DNA of 64,000 nt from Phoronis australis (lineage: Eukaryota; Animalia; Phoronida). Where the stretch lies: positions 558,001 through 622,000 of the forward strand of contig NMRA01000137.1 in NCBI GenBank assembly GCA_002633005.1, written 5' to 3'. Of the stretch, positions 39,421 through 53,526 are shown in pieces (positions within the stretch are counted from its first letter, which is position 1; each line of letters opens with the position of its first letter). Position numbers and translations under genes: made by a program. The notes under the pieces are model-generated. The model was not told where the DNA came from, did no database searches, and worked only from the letters and a program-made list of their open reading frames with translations.

Positions 39421-41541
39421 CCTCTTTTGATAGAACTCACTGGAGATAGAGTTATTAGAACTATCAAGTTTTTAATAAGTCATCTGGTTCTATGTGACAG
39501 ACATTTAGTCAATTCATCCAGTTTGTATGAAAATACTGTCCATTTCTTCCATGCGCTATGAATAGTACACGCATCAATGCATTCTCCTTAATCCAGCTGT
39601 TAGTGGTTGGCTAGGGTTTAGGGTATAACATGTTTTGAATGTCCCTATTAGTCTAAACATGAGCATGGTGACATTATCCATGATTCTGCAGAACATCTTC
39701 TAAGTTTTGCAAAACTGCACAGTCTACAGTAAAATGACTTATTTTCAATGTGGTGGCATTAAAAAATGGAAGGTGCAACCTTGCAGATAACTCAGTTTTG
39801 GATAGTGTGCTTGTTCTTGGGATTTAATATTTCTTCCCTTAGATAGTTCACCTTTGAAATTAATCTGCTGTTAGCAAACTGGTGAAAACTATTCTTTCAG
39901 CAACAAAATGATGAAAGAGGTGAATATTTTGCCAGCCCGGGAAAAAAATTTTGAGCCCAAGCTTTGGTATTTGGCCTCATACATGGCCCTCTTTCACAAT
40001 GAAAAAAGTACCCAAATAGACAATCAATGGCATTACCATACCAATTATGTTAATGAAGTCTATACTAGTGTCATCTTTTTCGTGGCAAAATGTGATCAGA
40101 AGATTTATTTTTGCTGAAAGCAGTTTTCGACGAGTTAATGCGGCAAAAAAGTTATCAAACTTTGACACAATTATTTGATTGCAGTTTGTGCCTTACAACA
40201 TGATTGTTTTTTTTGCAGAGTATGTCGCTTTTTTGCAGCGTATGTCGCCTTGATTCTCTCTCTCTAGCTCTTGATACTAAGTCTCACTGTTTTTACAAAA
40301 TTTTCCTTTTGCTTGAGATATGTCATTTATCTAAATATTTTTTCAGAACTTTCCATAACACCGGTCACATCATATTTCATGTCCCTCAAATCACACTGTG
40401 GCAACTTAGTTATCAGTGAAGGTCATAAGTCACTCATTTGTTTAACATTGCAAAGTTACTGGAATTTGTTGTGCCCTTTGATGTTGCCATGTGCAGTTTA
40501 TCATTCCTATTTGTATATACATACATTCACAAACTCTTCCACCTGATTGCAAAAAGTGCATGTTGTTGCCTTAATCCTGGGAAGAGGCTCTGATATGTAC
40601 AGTCCACACTGTTGGGGAAACTTGACACCACACCTATGACAACTTACCCCACCTTACTAAGGTAGGGTAATTAGTTCTAGAGTTTCTTGCCCTTCAACTC
40701 ATGTATTCAGGAGTACATACCAAATTACCAGCTATGTGCTTGCTCAGTTACACAATACTTATGTCTAATTCTTCTTGTGCTATGTTTGTACTTGGGTGTT
40801 GGATGTGTAGGGAAGACGCTTGTCTGAACAGGGGTACGTTGCTTTGGCTGGGGAAAGTTGTTCTGGGGTAATTCATAGTGTGGGCATGATTTAACATGGG
40901 TACTTGCTGATGGGGCAAAATTCCTCTCTTACATTTTTGAGTAAACATTAATGTAGTGGATCAACTTCGGCATACTGACCATGCAATTTTACCTCCCTGC
41001 AATGTTCTATTTCACTTCTTTATCACTGAAACGGCCAAACTCATTTTGAATAAATGTTGATGAAAACCCACGTTAATCATGACCATGAGGTGTATTTTTC
41101 GTATCTCAGTTATTTTGGAAATAGCTGTTCAACTGGTCAGACTCACAGAGTTTGCATTGTGTGGCTAATACTTGCAGTGTTGTACTTCTGCTTTGCAAAA
41201 TTGCTTTTTATATTCAACTAGAAATTCCAAATATCTTTCAGAGTAAGTATTATATGCCCAACTGACCATAAATGCGTTCTGTATGGTAACGTTACTCCTT
41301 AATGGCAACTGTATTCTTCTGTGTCTGCCGGGAATTTGTTGCCGCTCAATGTTTCAGGTTTTATGTAATGTTTTTTACATACTCTGAGGAATGTTTGAGT
41401 CATTTAATTACTGATAATATACAACCATTGAGGTGTAGTACTGAAAGGTAAGCCAGTCAGCTTCATGGTTTGAGCAAAAGAATGCCTGCAGTCTTCCTGA
41501 TTAGTGAAAGCTAAATCATTCCTGGTCAAGACCCGTATATA

Positions 41542-41895
41542 CAGGGTGTCCCCAAAATACACTCACACTTCAATACAATGCCAGGAGTTCAAATTCGGGC
41601 TGTGCCTGCGGGCGTAGTTTCCGCAACAGTCAGTACGTGTTCTGTATAAGTGGGAAATGCAAACAAATAACTTTGGAAAACACAAAATATCCTGTAGTGC
41701 TGATGAAAACTCAAAAATGTGAAGAAAGTGCACAGAGAAACTCAACATTTTAAATAACAGTGCATTCATTTTGGTTTAAAAAAAATATTTTTTGTCAATG
41801 CTTTATGAAGTTTAACTGGTAATCTCGTGTCTTAAGTCAAGAAACAATGGAATTGGTTGCCTTTGAAGTGTGAGTACACGTTTTGGGTCACCCTG
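41542..41895. mobile_element. 354-bp Tc1/mariner MITE
   Basis: TA-flanked; TIR CAGGGTGTCCCCAAAA..ACTCACACTTCAA vs TTGAAGTGTGAGT...TTTTGGGTCACCCTG. Confidence 0.9.
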
Positions 41896-42115
41896 TATGG
41901 TTTTCAAGAGAAATCAACTGAAAGTTGAGTCTTAGTTTTTTATATTACAAAAATGGTCACTAATAGTTGTAACGGCAGAAAATTTTGAAGCCTATGGGCT
42001 ACTCTGATAAAGAAAGTTTTAAAGCGTATTGGTAAATGAAATACAGTTCAAACAAGGTTCGTTTAGATAACTCTCATGGATTTCCAATTTATTTTTGTTT
42101 GACTTCTGTAGCCTC

Positions 42116-42590
42116 TATTTATTTATTTATTTATTAATGTAATATTTACAATGAGGGTAGCCCCATCAGTTTCACACTGCTTTCTATGGGGGCCCTCAGT
42201 AAAAAACAAACAGATAGTAAGACAAAAACAGAATTACAAAATGAAAGACAAATCTATGTAATAAGCAAAGAATAAGAAATTAACATGGAAAGACTGATGA
42301 AGCAAAATAAAAAATAAAATATGATAAATAAAAGATAAAGAAATTGAGACAAGATAATAAAATAAAAAATATATAAATATAAATATAAATATAAAAAGTT
42401 AAAACAGACATTAAATAATTAATGAAAGTAAGACACTATATAAATAACAAATGAATAAACATGCAATTCTTAGACACTACATGGAGTTAAATCCATTTCT
42501 TATAATTCTTTTAAAGGTTAGAAAGGATGATGTAGATTTGGCATCTGCAGGGAGAGAGTTCCATAAAAAGGGCCCGCTGTAGGAAAATCA
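42116..42590 (-). mobile_element. L2/CR1-type LINE 3' end (ORF2 C-terminus, 3'UTR stem-loop, (TAAA)n tail)
   Basis: Minus 42587-42477 reads FSYSGPFLWNSLPADAKSTSSFLTFKRIIRNGFNSM*. There is a GAGGG..GCCCC...GGGGGCCCTC hairpin at ~42153-42197 and (TTTA)n at ~42116-42135. Confidence 0.9.
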
Positions 42591-42875
42591 TTTTTCACAG
42601 TCTCGCTTCTGCCTCTGATCTTGCCCAACTACCGGAGGTAGAACAGATTTTTTCCATGCAGTGCTAGACTCTAACTTAGGGATGAAGCACTTATTTATCA
42701 TTGAAATAGGGGGTTAGTTTTTGAACATGTTGTCAGAAAATATCAGTCAACAAAGAGCTCATGATCAAGATAAACCAATAGAAAAACATAGCATTTGTGA
42801 GTTAAGGAAGACAAAAATACGCAAACAAATTTAGGTTACTTGTTAGAGTCCCTCTTTGGGACTGTTACATGCAAC

Positions 42876-43275
42876 CATAGACTATAGTACATGGACTGTG
42901 AACTCCGTATATATTCAATGGACGAAATTTGTGATCTTACGTATAAGCTGTGACGTCACTATTTACTAGCCTGGCAAACATAGCACATTTTACTTCCAGC
43001 AAGCACATGGTCTGCTAATCATGTTGTGTGGTTGGGTACCATTGCCAAAAGTACTCATGATACCAACAGTCCTACTATTGGAAGACTTTGAACAGTGTTT
43101 CAATGCTGAAATCATTTTTTGCTGTTCTGGACAGTAAAATAGATGCAAGAATTTCCTGTCACGAAACTCTAACTGGAAGCTGAGTTTGCAATGTTTATAG
43201 GGTGGCGCCTCCTCTAGGATATTACGCAAGAAAATGTCCGAGTTGGAGTTGCGAATCTGTTGTCTATAATCTATG
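42876..43275. mobile_element. 400-bp MITE with CATAG termini and 7-bp TSD (P-superfamily-like)
   Basis: TIR CATAGACTATAG...AACTCC / GGAGTT...CTATAATCTATG; TSD ATGCAAC at 42869-42875 and 43276-43282. Confidence 0.85.
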
Positions 43276-44384
43276 ATGCAACCCGGCCCAGTTAAGCATT
43301 TTAAACATAGTTTTCTGTATTTCCATGTATGCCATTAACAGTGGATGTTGTGTTGATTGAACATTGTCCTATAGTGGCACTGTAAACTTTTAAATTTAAT
43401 GATAGTTGTTATAGTGATGGATAAAAATGAGAGCGACGGAATGTATTAAACCAGTATAAGAAAAGAGTAGTCTTTGGTCTCATAAACACGAAACTATGAA
43501 CTGGTTTCATTTTTGTTAAAAGTTTCCAGTATTTTAATACTAGCAAACTGAATTTTAGAACAAAATTGCTGCTGCGAAGCTGTCATCATCTTCCAAGATA
43601 TGTCGCAAAAATTTAAGAAATGGCACGTGCATGTGTCACGAAGGAGCTGTTTTCAAAACGATGACAAACTTTTCTTTGTTACCAAAGGCGGAAAACTATG
43701 CAAGAAAATGGCGTTTATTAGCTTGTTTTTCATTTAATCGACTGCACCGGGTAAGGTGAGTGTCGGTTAACTCACAGATTTTGCATGCACAGGCTGACTG
43801 TCATTAACTCTACCTGGGAGTAATACGAACATTATAGTCCTAGGCTCTACGTGTTGATAATGTTTCACAACGAGGTGACGAGCAGAACTACCCGGACTGT
43901 GTGAAATTTAGGGGTCTAATGGAGACACACAATGGTACCTAGCCAGGCAGCTAGCTTTATGAAGACTATCGTCAAAATCAAAATTCGTTTTATCTATTTC
44001 TTATCAATAATAACGGCATACTAAAGTTTCTTAATGTTCGTTGTACGTCAGGAATGTATCGATAATATTTCCCGCGGATCCTGGGTTTTGTATTCATACG
44101 CGCACTTGCAGAGAGTCACATCTCGGAAATTTCCGGTTTGATGGATTACAATGAAGGAGCCCAATGAAATTAAGCAACATTGTTTTAGAACTTCTAATAG
44201 CTATAATAAACTTATTTTGCATGTGTTCCAAAATCTAAATAACACACCGAGTTGGTCTACATTATGTCCTAACTTGGGTCCTATACTTTTGTGTTCGTGC
44301 GCACCAAAACAAAGTAATTGTGAGTGCTGCTGTGTTGCAAAATCTCTTATCCTGGGCCAATTTGAAAAATTCAAAGTTGTAACA

Positions 44385-44638
44385 ATATTTATTTCGCTCC
44401 TCTTTTCAAATATTCAGTCAAAACTACGTAAAACACTCCATAAAAAGTACGGTCATCTAGGCTAGATCACCTGATCACATCTGCATGAGCGAAGTCAATT
44501 ATCCTCGCTCATGACTCGATGACTGGAGCAGCTAGGCAGGATCCCTTTGATCCTGAGCTGAGCCTGACCAATGAGCTATACCAGGTATAGCTCATTGGCC
44601 TGACACAGCGAAGGTGGATAAATAGGGTCTAGTTCAAT
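44385..44638 (-). repeat. Family D copy 2, inverted relative to 32365-32588
   Basis: GCATGAGCGAAGTCAATTATCCTCGCTC is an exact inverted match; AAGGTGGATAAATA.GGTCTAGTTCAA end. Confidence 0.88.
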
Positions 44639-47600
44639 CAGTCAAACCCCAAAGTTTTCTTTGGTCAGTGGGGTTTTATATCTTTTAGTTGGATGTCATG
44701 ACAAATTGAACATATAGTAAAACCTGTAGCTTCAATTTATTAGCTGTAAGTTACAAGCATATTATATGAAGCTTGTTTTCACTACTGGGAAACGTAAAAT
44801 ATGAAACTAAGGCATTGCTGTTCAGGACCACATTAGTCCAGTTGAGATGTTTACCTGCACATTGATTTTGATGTGAAAGTTTCCAAGAAAGTTTCTCAAC
44901 TTGATATCCAAAATATTTCCAAAATACATTCCTTGGTTATCTTGAATTTGACTTGTGTTTTGCCTGCTGAAATAACCTCATTACCAATGGATCCATTTGT
45001 GAGTGGCGTGGTTCCCATCAGCATTTAATAGTGTAATTGTTCTCTAAAAACAAGCTTGCCGGGATTTATGTACTTGCCAGAAAAGAACAGATGTCTAATC
45101 CTGCTGAAGAGTGTAACAAACCAGTAATAATCTGTTGTGCTCTTTAGTAATATTTTAACTTATTAATGAGTGTGCCTATTCAATATTGGGCTATTGTGAA
45201 CACACACTACAACAAGGGAATGAACCAATGTTATCTTATCTGAACTCAGTCATGGTGTGCCACCTAGTGCCGAGCTGAGCAACCAAAGGTCATGGTGAGG
45301 TCATTATCATAAATTACCCACAAGTCTATGGCTCACATGTGAGTCTCTGTGTGTGTATGTGTTAGTGTGTGCTGGTGAGATGTGGACTGATTGTCATTCA
45401 TTGGGAGTCTGAGCCAGGAAGGTGTTGGGTCAGAAGTGGGCAAGCCTTTGCTCTCGTTTTTGAAAAAGGATCTGTGCTTTCTGGGATACTGTTGACTGGT
45501 GGTGGTCCATTGATCTAGTGTCAGTTCCGGACTTTTGAGCAAGCATTTCGGTTGCCGTGGTAACGCATCAATTCCTAGATTTAGGTAGTTGATGACAAAC
45601 TGAATTGTCACTCTTCACAAATTTTGGTTGTGGGTTTTAGTCCTGGTGCCACTCACGCTTGAATTGAGCAACGGAAAAAGAGCTGCTATTCCATGGGGCA
45701 TTTGAATGCACGTTTCTGAAGGAATTTTCAACAGTGTTTTTTGTTTTGTGTCGTGAACACTCTAAAGCCGAAGAGTCAATAGCACTATTTACCTAAAATG
45801 TGTTTGGCCGGATATCGTATTTGAAGAAGCGGTTTAATTTAAATAGTAGTATATTATCATTTTGAATTCATTTTCAAAATGTTTGACTAGCTACTAGTGG
45901 GAGTATTGAAGAGACCTTTGTAGCCAGTGGAAGGATTAAGAAAATGCTATCTGCCTTTATGGCCCAAGACCATCTATATTAGCTGTCAAGTGGCTAATAT
46001 CTTGTTGAAGAAATACACTCTGCTGCTATGGATTTTGTTATTCTTAAGGTAAGTACTAATACCCCATTTGATAAAATGGTTTGTTGCACTAATCGTCTAA
46101 GAAGCTAACAGGCGATAAGTCAGAGTTTTTGTCACTACAGGCTCAGAGGCCTGTTTTCTGAACTACAACTAAAAGTTACTGCAATTTTTAGAGTTTCCCA
46201 AACTGAGCAGTGTAGGTGAATGGAAAGATGAGGATTTATAAGAACCAGGACAGTTTATTTCAACACACTTGTTCCCCTGTGCTCCACAGGTGTAACTTTA
46301 AGGGGCCCCGGGATGCTTTTGGGGTACTAAGGGAGGTAAACAAAATGTGCCACCAATTTCTGGTTATACATGTTGGTGCTTATGATCAAATATGTATTGA
46401 TACAATGGCTGATCTTAATAATTGTTGTGGCCTTTCATTATGTAAGTATGACTACTTGGTTAAGGTTTTGAATTGAAATTCATTTTTAATTTAAATTTTT
46501 TGTGATGATCATCTCTCTGACATGTGTTGTGGGGCAGTGTATGCTTATATCACATTTCAATAAAACATTTGCTGATGAAGTTAGTTTAAATCTCATCTCG
46601 TTGGTTATGTCTGTTACATTCCGCACTGCATATTTTGGTTGTGTAGTGAGTATCATTTTTAGACATGTAACATTGAGACGTGTGATGTATCGTTGCATGT
46701 ACTGTGTCTGTCGGAATTATCTGCGCTCTTGGGTAATACCCAGATATAATGATGCAAGGTGATTTCTGGTTTGAAATGTTGTTTTCAAGAATATATATTT
46801 CTCTTATGGAAAAACATAATTCATGAGTTTGGTTTGTGCTGATGCAACCTGCAGTTGCAGATTATAAAATATCTTAATGCCAGTTAAAGTCCCTTTCTAA
46901 GGTGATTTAAATTAAGTCAAAATTACAAGCTTAGAATTAAAGTCAAATTTCTGGATGTGAATTTTGCCACCGAAGCAGTAATGGAACTCCATGCAGTTGG
47001 GTAGTAGTATGGTTGTGTAAAATTGGCGATGTCTAACATGAGGTATTTAAGGTTCTGAAATGAAATCCAGACCGAGGTCTTTACTGATGACACAACCCTG
47101 TTTTTAAATGAAATTTAAGCTCATTTTCCACCCTCCAGTGTCTTCTGCTTGCCAACTCTCCTTCTCTTTCTAAATTTGTGGCTTTTCTAGTGGTTCCTTA
47201 TGGGACTCCAGCTTCTGTCTGCTGTTTGACATGACCTACATGCCTGTCAACCCTTATTACCCAGTCTTATCTCCCTTTTCTACATTATTGGTCTTTATCA
47301 ACCTTATGTCCCCTGTTGACTTGACTTCTCAACCTGAAACTGGGTGATAATAAGCTCTTAAGCATGGCTGTGCACAAAGCAAAATGTGAATCCAGATTCA
47401 AAATTTTGTAAAGTGAATGCACCACGACTAATCAATTCTTGGTTATTGATATCAAACCAATAATAGCTTCTTAATGTTATTCAGATTCCGCTTGTTTTTA
47501 TTGCTTTGATTTGTGACATTGATGTTAACATGAGGATGATATTAGTAATGATGCCGAGAATAATAATAATAAGTTACAGGCAGCATGACTGCCCTTGATA

Positions 47601-50600
47601 ATTTGTAACGTTGACTGCTGCTGCTGACGAGAATCACTATCCTTAAATTGGCCATTTTATCAACTTCTGTGTTTATCATTTCCTGCCGTCTGAGCATCTT
47701 TCACGAAAAGTACTGGTTGTAGTCTGAATTATTCACTTACCTAGCACACAATTTGGCTGGCACACAGAACTCTATGTTGCCACAAAAATAAAAATTATGA
47801 AAATGTCAGTCTAGTAATAATATGGTTTGTACTACGTAGATGCCATGAAACGACTTTTGCTAAAATTTCCTCTGTTTGCAAAAGGTCTTGTAATCTTTTA
47901 AAAATGAAAAAATTATAATTTTGGCCATTTTTGTTGCGTTAGGTAAGTGGAGAATAACCGTATAAGTGATTAAAAATAAGATTTGTCTATCATTATGCCT
48001 GTTGCACCTAACTGCACCAGGTTTCTTGGTAACCAGAAATTGGTTATCTAGGTCCACTTGAAATAGCTTTGTTGGGGGTATGGTCTGCAGTTGATTGTGA
48101 CTCTGTTCAGGGTGGATTTTCTCACCTGGTGCTGGACAAGTCATTAGTGTAGAAACAATCCAGTGCTTTCTTTTTGTAGAAGTTAAACTGAAAAATTCTG
48201 TAGGATTCGATCTGCTCAGAAGTTATGAAAACATCTGCTCGGATTCAGTGATGTCTGATTATATGAGATGTCAGAAAAAACTCTGTTTGGTTGGCTTAAA
48301 GACTTTGGTCAGTTTTGTATGTTTTCTTCTGCTTCTGGATTGCTTAGCCTAATAGGTGTTTACAATCCCTCTCTCTGTTGTTTGTGGTAGCTTGTGTGCT
48401 CTGATCCAGTGTTGACAATTGCCACTCAGACTGTGGGTTTCTGCTGGCTTAATGTAGTTGTCATGCTGCTTGAAGGTCCCAACTTTGGATAGCGCGACTG
48501 TCCAAATTAAATCTTGGTCCACGTTTGTATCGGCTAGTCTTTCTGTATCTTTACATAGTTTTGACATTTCTTGTTAAATTATAAAAAAGTATTTACACAT
48601 TTGTACTCATTTTTGTAGATAGCTGCATTAGTCTTGTATCTCTTGTATCTCGTATATGAACTCTAGTTCTTCAGACATTTCCCTGTGGTCCTGTTAAAGC
48701 CATTTTGTATGATGGAAACTGGACAGTTGGTTCTTGAGCTCAGTCACAAGTTGTATTGAGAGGCAAGACCTCTTAGTAATCCATCAACCTGGATCTGATA
48801 GGTGCAGTTTTTACCCCTGGCCTTGTTTATGTCTGGATTGGAGATGTGATGACATTTCATGTCAGCGTTTTGATAATCCAGAATTAAACAGGCGGGTGTT
48901 CTCTTCTGGTGCTGGTTCAAGGATTCTAAAAAAACATTGTCAAGAGGTAATGGTGGCCTGGCAAACTTGAGGGTGATTTGAAGTGTGCTGTTCCTTTTTA
49001 ATGGACCTTGAAATTCTGTCGGGGTTTGTGTAGCTGTTTTGGATTTTAAAAGTGATTTTGTTTTTCTCTTTTGGCCCTGGAGGCTGTTTTTGATTTGTTT
49101 CTGCCTTACAGGCTGATGTTAAATTCTTATAGTCTAGCCCTTAATGGCTTAACTCAGAGACAATTGGCTTTTTAGGTATTCCCTCTTGCTTGAAATTGTT
49201 AATTTTGCCTGCTCTTTAGGTGGAGTTAGCTCTACTAAAATTGATACCAGCTCCCACAAGGCAAAAAGTTTGCTAAACATTTCACTTTCTAGCCTGGGGG
49301 TTGGGGTTAACAGCCATTGGCAAAACAATGTTTTGTCAGGAGTCCAGACTACTGTCTTATCTTCTCTAACATCTGTGGTTATACACTTTGAACACAGGTT
49401 ATTAGTCACATGGCCAACAAACTAAAGGTTGTCACCAATTAAAAAACAGATGGGCTGCAATCATAGAATGCTTAATTTATGGATTATAGTTAGTCAAAGC
49501 TTGTATTCCTTTGATGGCTTAATTACGGTTAGTGTCGCATTTAATCCCTCGATGTTGATTCATCTGTTTTAAAATTTAAAAGGTTAGTTCCTGAATCCTT
49601 TGTTTTTTAACTCAAAGCTTGCTGTGGTTAATCATCTGTGAAACTTCTACACAGGTCACTTGGAGTTTTATTACTACCTACAATAAACATTATCTCTATG
49701 ACTACAATTAAAAGCTTGGTCATTCACCATGTTATCATTGGTAAACTGTGTCATAGCTTTGATCATGACAGTCGCACTTTACAGAGTTCTCATAGGTAAA
49801 CATTTGCAAAGTCTAGCCTATCGGCAGTTGTAAATTATGCCGACCTTTGAAGAAACGCATGAATGGTGCCTTGTTGCTGCTCCGTACCCTATCCTAGAGA
49901 CCCGTCCCTGAGTTCAAAAGACTCCAAAAGTGGTTTGCGGTCAGTTTTATGACCACACCGACTCAACTGAGTCAACTCGCCCATTTCTGAGGACTTGCAC
50001 GAGTTTTCTTGGCTGTGTTTTATCACAGTTGTGAAGTCTGTTGTTTATCTGAACTAGTAAGCCTTGGTGTTCATAGTCTCAAGTCCACTTGCTCTTGAAC
50101 TTTTCCCTTTTTTGTCTGCAGTCATAAACTTAATAAAATGAAGTTGCTTCACATTGATGTGAGGCTGCTGAGGTGTTTTTCAAGTGAAGCACCACTGAGC
50201 AGGAGATATGTTACTGTGTTATTGCCCTGCGGAATGCATTTGACAGTATTCGTCAAAAATGGTTGATGATTTCTGAGCCAGTGTCACATTTAAGCTTCCT
50301 CGTTTCTAATGCCTTGCTAATCCCTTGGTTGTGATGTGCATTCCGCATCTTGTAAAGCCATACTCAAAGCTATCTGATTGTGTCTTTATACATATTAAAA
50401 AATTAAAATGTGCATCGATTTTCTTTTGCGGGTTTTCACTCGTCCGAATATACTCCATTGATTGCATACTCATGTACATGTTCCCCAGTGAACTTGATTT
50501 CTGAAAGTCCGAGTTTAAAGATTTGATGCGATTTAAGCTCTTGTAAAAGCGTAAGTCATGTCTTGACATGGGTTCTGTGCTATAATGGAGAAATTGGACT

Positions 50601-51404
50601 GCAGGGGTCTTCTTCATTAAAAGTGACCAAATTTCAGAGAGAAATTTGGCTAATTCTCCCATTTCACAATTACCAAATGAAGGTTTAGTCATGAGTATTA
50701 ACACGTCACTGCCTGGAAATAACATGTACACATTTTCTCAATAGGAATGTTCAGCATGACGTAATTTTGATTGTCATTATGACGTTTTAGACCCAGTGTG
50801 ACAGCATGTATATTCTTAATTCTGGGTCCAAATTGCGTCATTTGCTGCCATGACAGGTCATCACATCTGAATAAGTGGAAGTAGCAGTCATGGATATGTT
50901 CTTAGATACTTTGTCATGTTGCTAAAATGAGTTTTAGTTCTTTTTGGAAATATTTATATGGAGTGTAAGATAAAATGTCTAAGTCTTTATTTGCTTCCCC
51001 CCATCTCGTTAGGCTAGAGAAAAGCCACCTTGTGATGGGTTAATGGGTTTAGAGGCATACAATGAACTCATTTTCGTGCTTATTAAAAGCACACTAGGGT
51101 TGTTACCTCTGGGTCCAATGATTTATTATGAGTGATACCAGTTGTAACTTGCCTGGCTTAAAAGTGCTCCTGCTGTGTTGTATAGTTAGAATTACAAAGT
51201 TCTAGTCTATCACTATTTAATTGACATTTTGCTCTGCCTTTAGCATAGAATCGATATCAAACGTTCACTGAGAACCTTTGTTTTTTCTATTTTAAGTGAC
51301 ATGTGACACCTAAGTTTCTTTGGCTTTTTCGAAGCTTGTTAGAGCTGTCGCCCATTATCAAGTTAAAAGTACAGTGTTTTTGTTATCTTGGTAAAATCAC
51401 ACTA

Positions 51405-51616
51405 TTTTAGTATGCGTTATGTCTGGCTAGTGAAATAAATAATATTCCATGTTCAATTTTAGTATGCGTTATGTCTGGCTAGTGAAATAAATAATATTCC
51501 ATGTTCAATTTTAGTATGTGTTATGCCTGGCTAGTGAAATAAATAATATTCCATGTTCAATTTTAGTATGTGTTATGCCTGGCTAGTGAAATAAATAATA
51601 TTCCATGTTCAATTTT
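51405..51616. repeat. Minisatellite, 4 x 52 bp
   Basis: Unit TTTTAGTATG(C/T)GTTATG(T/C)CTGGCTAGTGAAATAAATAATATTCCATGTTCAA. Confidence 0.97.
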
Positions 51617-53433
51617 TCCACAGCTACCATCAAACAAAGTTTTGAAAAATTATTGGCGTTGGTGAGAAGCCCGTGAAAAATGAACAAAGGCAATTTTGGC
51701 GATTATTTTTGGCTAAATTGTTGAGATTTCACTGTACCGTTTTAGACTGTCTGAATCTGATGGTGTCTTATCTTTCAAACAGGTAAAATTACGCAACATT
51801 TTCGATAAATGTTTCCCTAATTATCAATTATCAAATCTACATTTGCCCAAGAGATAATCCAAACTGTTCTTGTTGACGTGGTGGGTTTAATAAGTTCACT
51901 GTCCTATGTGTGGTGCATGTTTTCGAGCTTGCAGTTTCAAGTTGTTGGATTTTGATCTTGTCAAGCATGCCTTGATTGAAATCCATGTTCTGTTTACGTG
52001 GTTGCAAAGGCTCATTCAGGTATACCCTGCATTGGAACTACTTGACACAGTACTTCAGATTACCTCCTTCACCTATTTTACATGACACAATTAACACAAA
52101 ATTCCTGATTAAAGTAGGCCATTGGTACTCCAACTTGCTTCTTCTGATTGCTGGCAGTATCTGATAGGGATTTATTATCTCCTAAATTGTGTTTTTGTTG
52201 AGACCATGTGCAGCTAAGTATACAGAAAAGATTTGTAGCCCAGAGCAATAAACACATTAGAATCCAGCTAACCCAATAGACTGTGTCAAGTGTTAGAATA
52301 TGGCAAAATAATAACTAGTTAAGGCTCCCTATTTATTTATTTAATCCACCGCTGTTCTTATAAAACACATGCCGTGTGTGTGTCTGAAGGGAGGCTTGTG
52401 TTTTTTTCATTAAGTCAAGTGTATTGCTCAGCAGGACCATTCCTGGCATCCTGTGTTTCTAAAACTGCAACATTTTTTTGTTCTGCTTAAATATGATTGT
52501 ATTTACTTCGAAATCTTTTTCATCATGGCTTAACTTTTTCCAGTGGTGAAAATTGCAGGAAGTAAAGATTTATTGAAATTGTTAAAATTTGGCTACTACC
52601 ATTCGTTTTCTCATTGACAGCAAAACCATATATGTGTTCAACAAGAAGATATCACGAAATGAAAACTGAAACAGCAGCCACAGTACCAGAGTCATTTTTG
52701 AATATGAAAGCTGACGGCCTGAATCCTGTGAACATGATTTCCCAGGTCTTTGTATACCATTGGAGTTTTTTGTAAACAGAGTCAAATGTTAAACCTGTTA
52801 TCAGTGGCCAATAATATCATGTTGGAAAGAGGAGTTAGTCTTCCACTTTCATTCATTAAAAATATCACTGCTCGCTAATCAGTATCACTGGTGTAAGGAA
52901 CCAACTCTGACGTTTTTATTAGGATTAACGTGACTCCATTAGCTGGGAAGCTCAAAAGCCTGGTACTGGTTTTTACTTTCTCTTCATTTCACGCTGTAAT
53001 ATCTTGAGCGCAACAGACTTTCTCCATAACTTCCAAATTAATATGATATTCATTAATTAACGACCTGGCCTTCAGTTAAGCCATTAGGCATGTCTTGTAT
53101 TTCTTGTGTTTAGTATTTTCATCAAAACACAAACTCTACGGAATGTAAACAAATTTCTTGCTTGATGCCGGCTTCTCTGTTGGAAGAACCTTTGCTTGGT
53201 GTGTAGTTGAAAAACATGTCAGTTCTCAAATAAATCATCTAAATGATCCAATTATGTAGGTTCTGCTCTTGTGTGGTGGTTCAGCAAATGACATTCGTTT
53301 CCTCATTATCGTTTCTATAAATATGGACAAAAAGGCTGAAATGATAAAGAAGTTGGGTTCTGCAAATGTTAATCATTCAAATTTTATTGACTGCTTAAGT
53401 TCATTACATAGTAAAAGTTAACAATGTCTGTCC

Positions 53434-53526
53434 AAAAAGCAAGGATATGTCCGGTTCCATCACAAAAGCAAGGATAGGACTGCTTCCATCAAAAAAGCAA
53501 GGATAGGACTGGTTCCATCAAAAAAG
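53434..53526. repeat. Minisatellite, about 3.2 x 29 bp
   Basis: Unit AAAAAGCAAGGATAGGACTGGTTCCATCA. Confidence 0.95.

Noticed and set aside
47950-49100. Possible decayed transposon ORF on the minus strand (KHWIVST-like peptide)
   Set aside because: Too fragmentary to assign without a homology search.
50306-50731. 141-aa minus-strand ORF
   Set aside because: No recognisable domain or splice context; a length like this is attainable by chance.
51405-53526. Minisatellites as possible CRISPR arrays
   Set aside because: Head-to-tail units without unique spacers, no cas genes, and a eukaryotic context.
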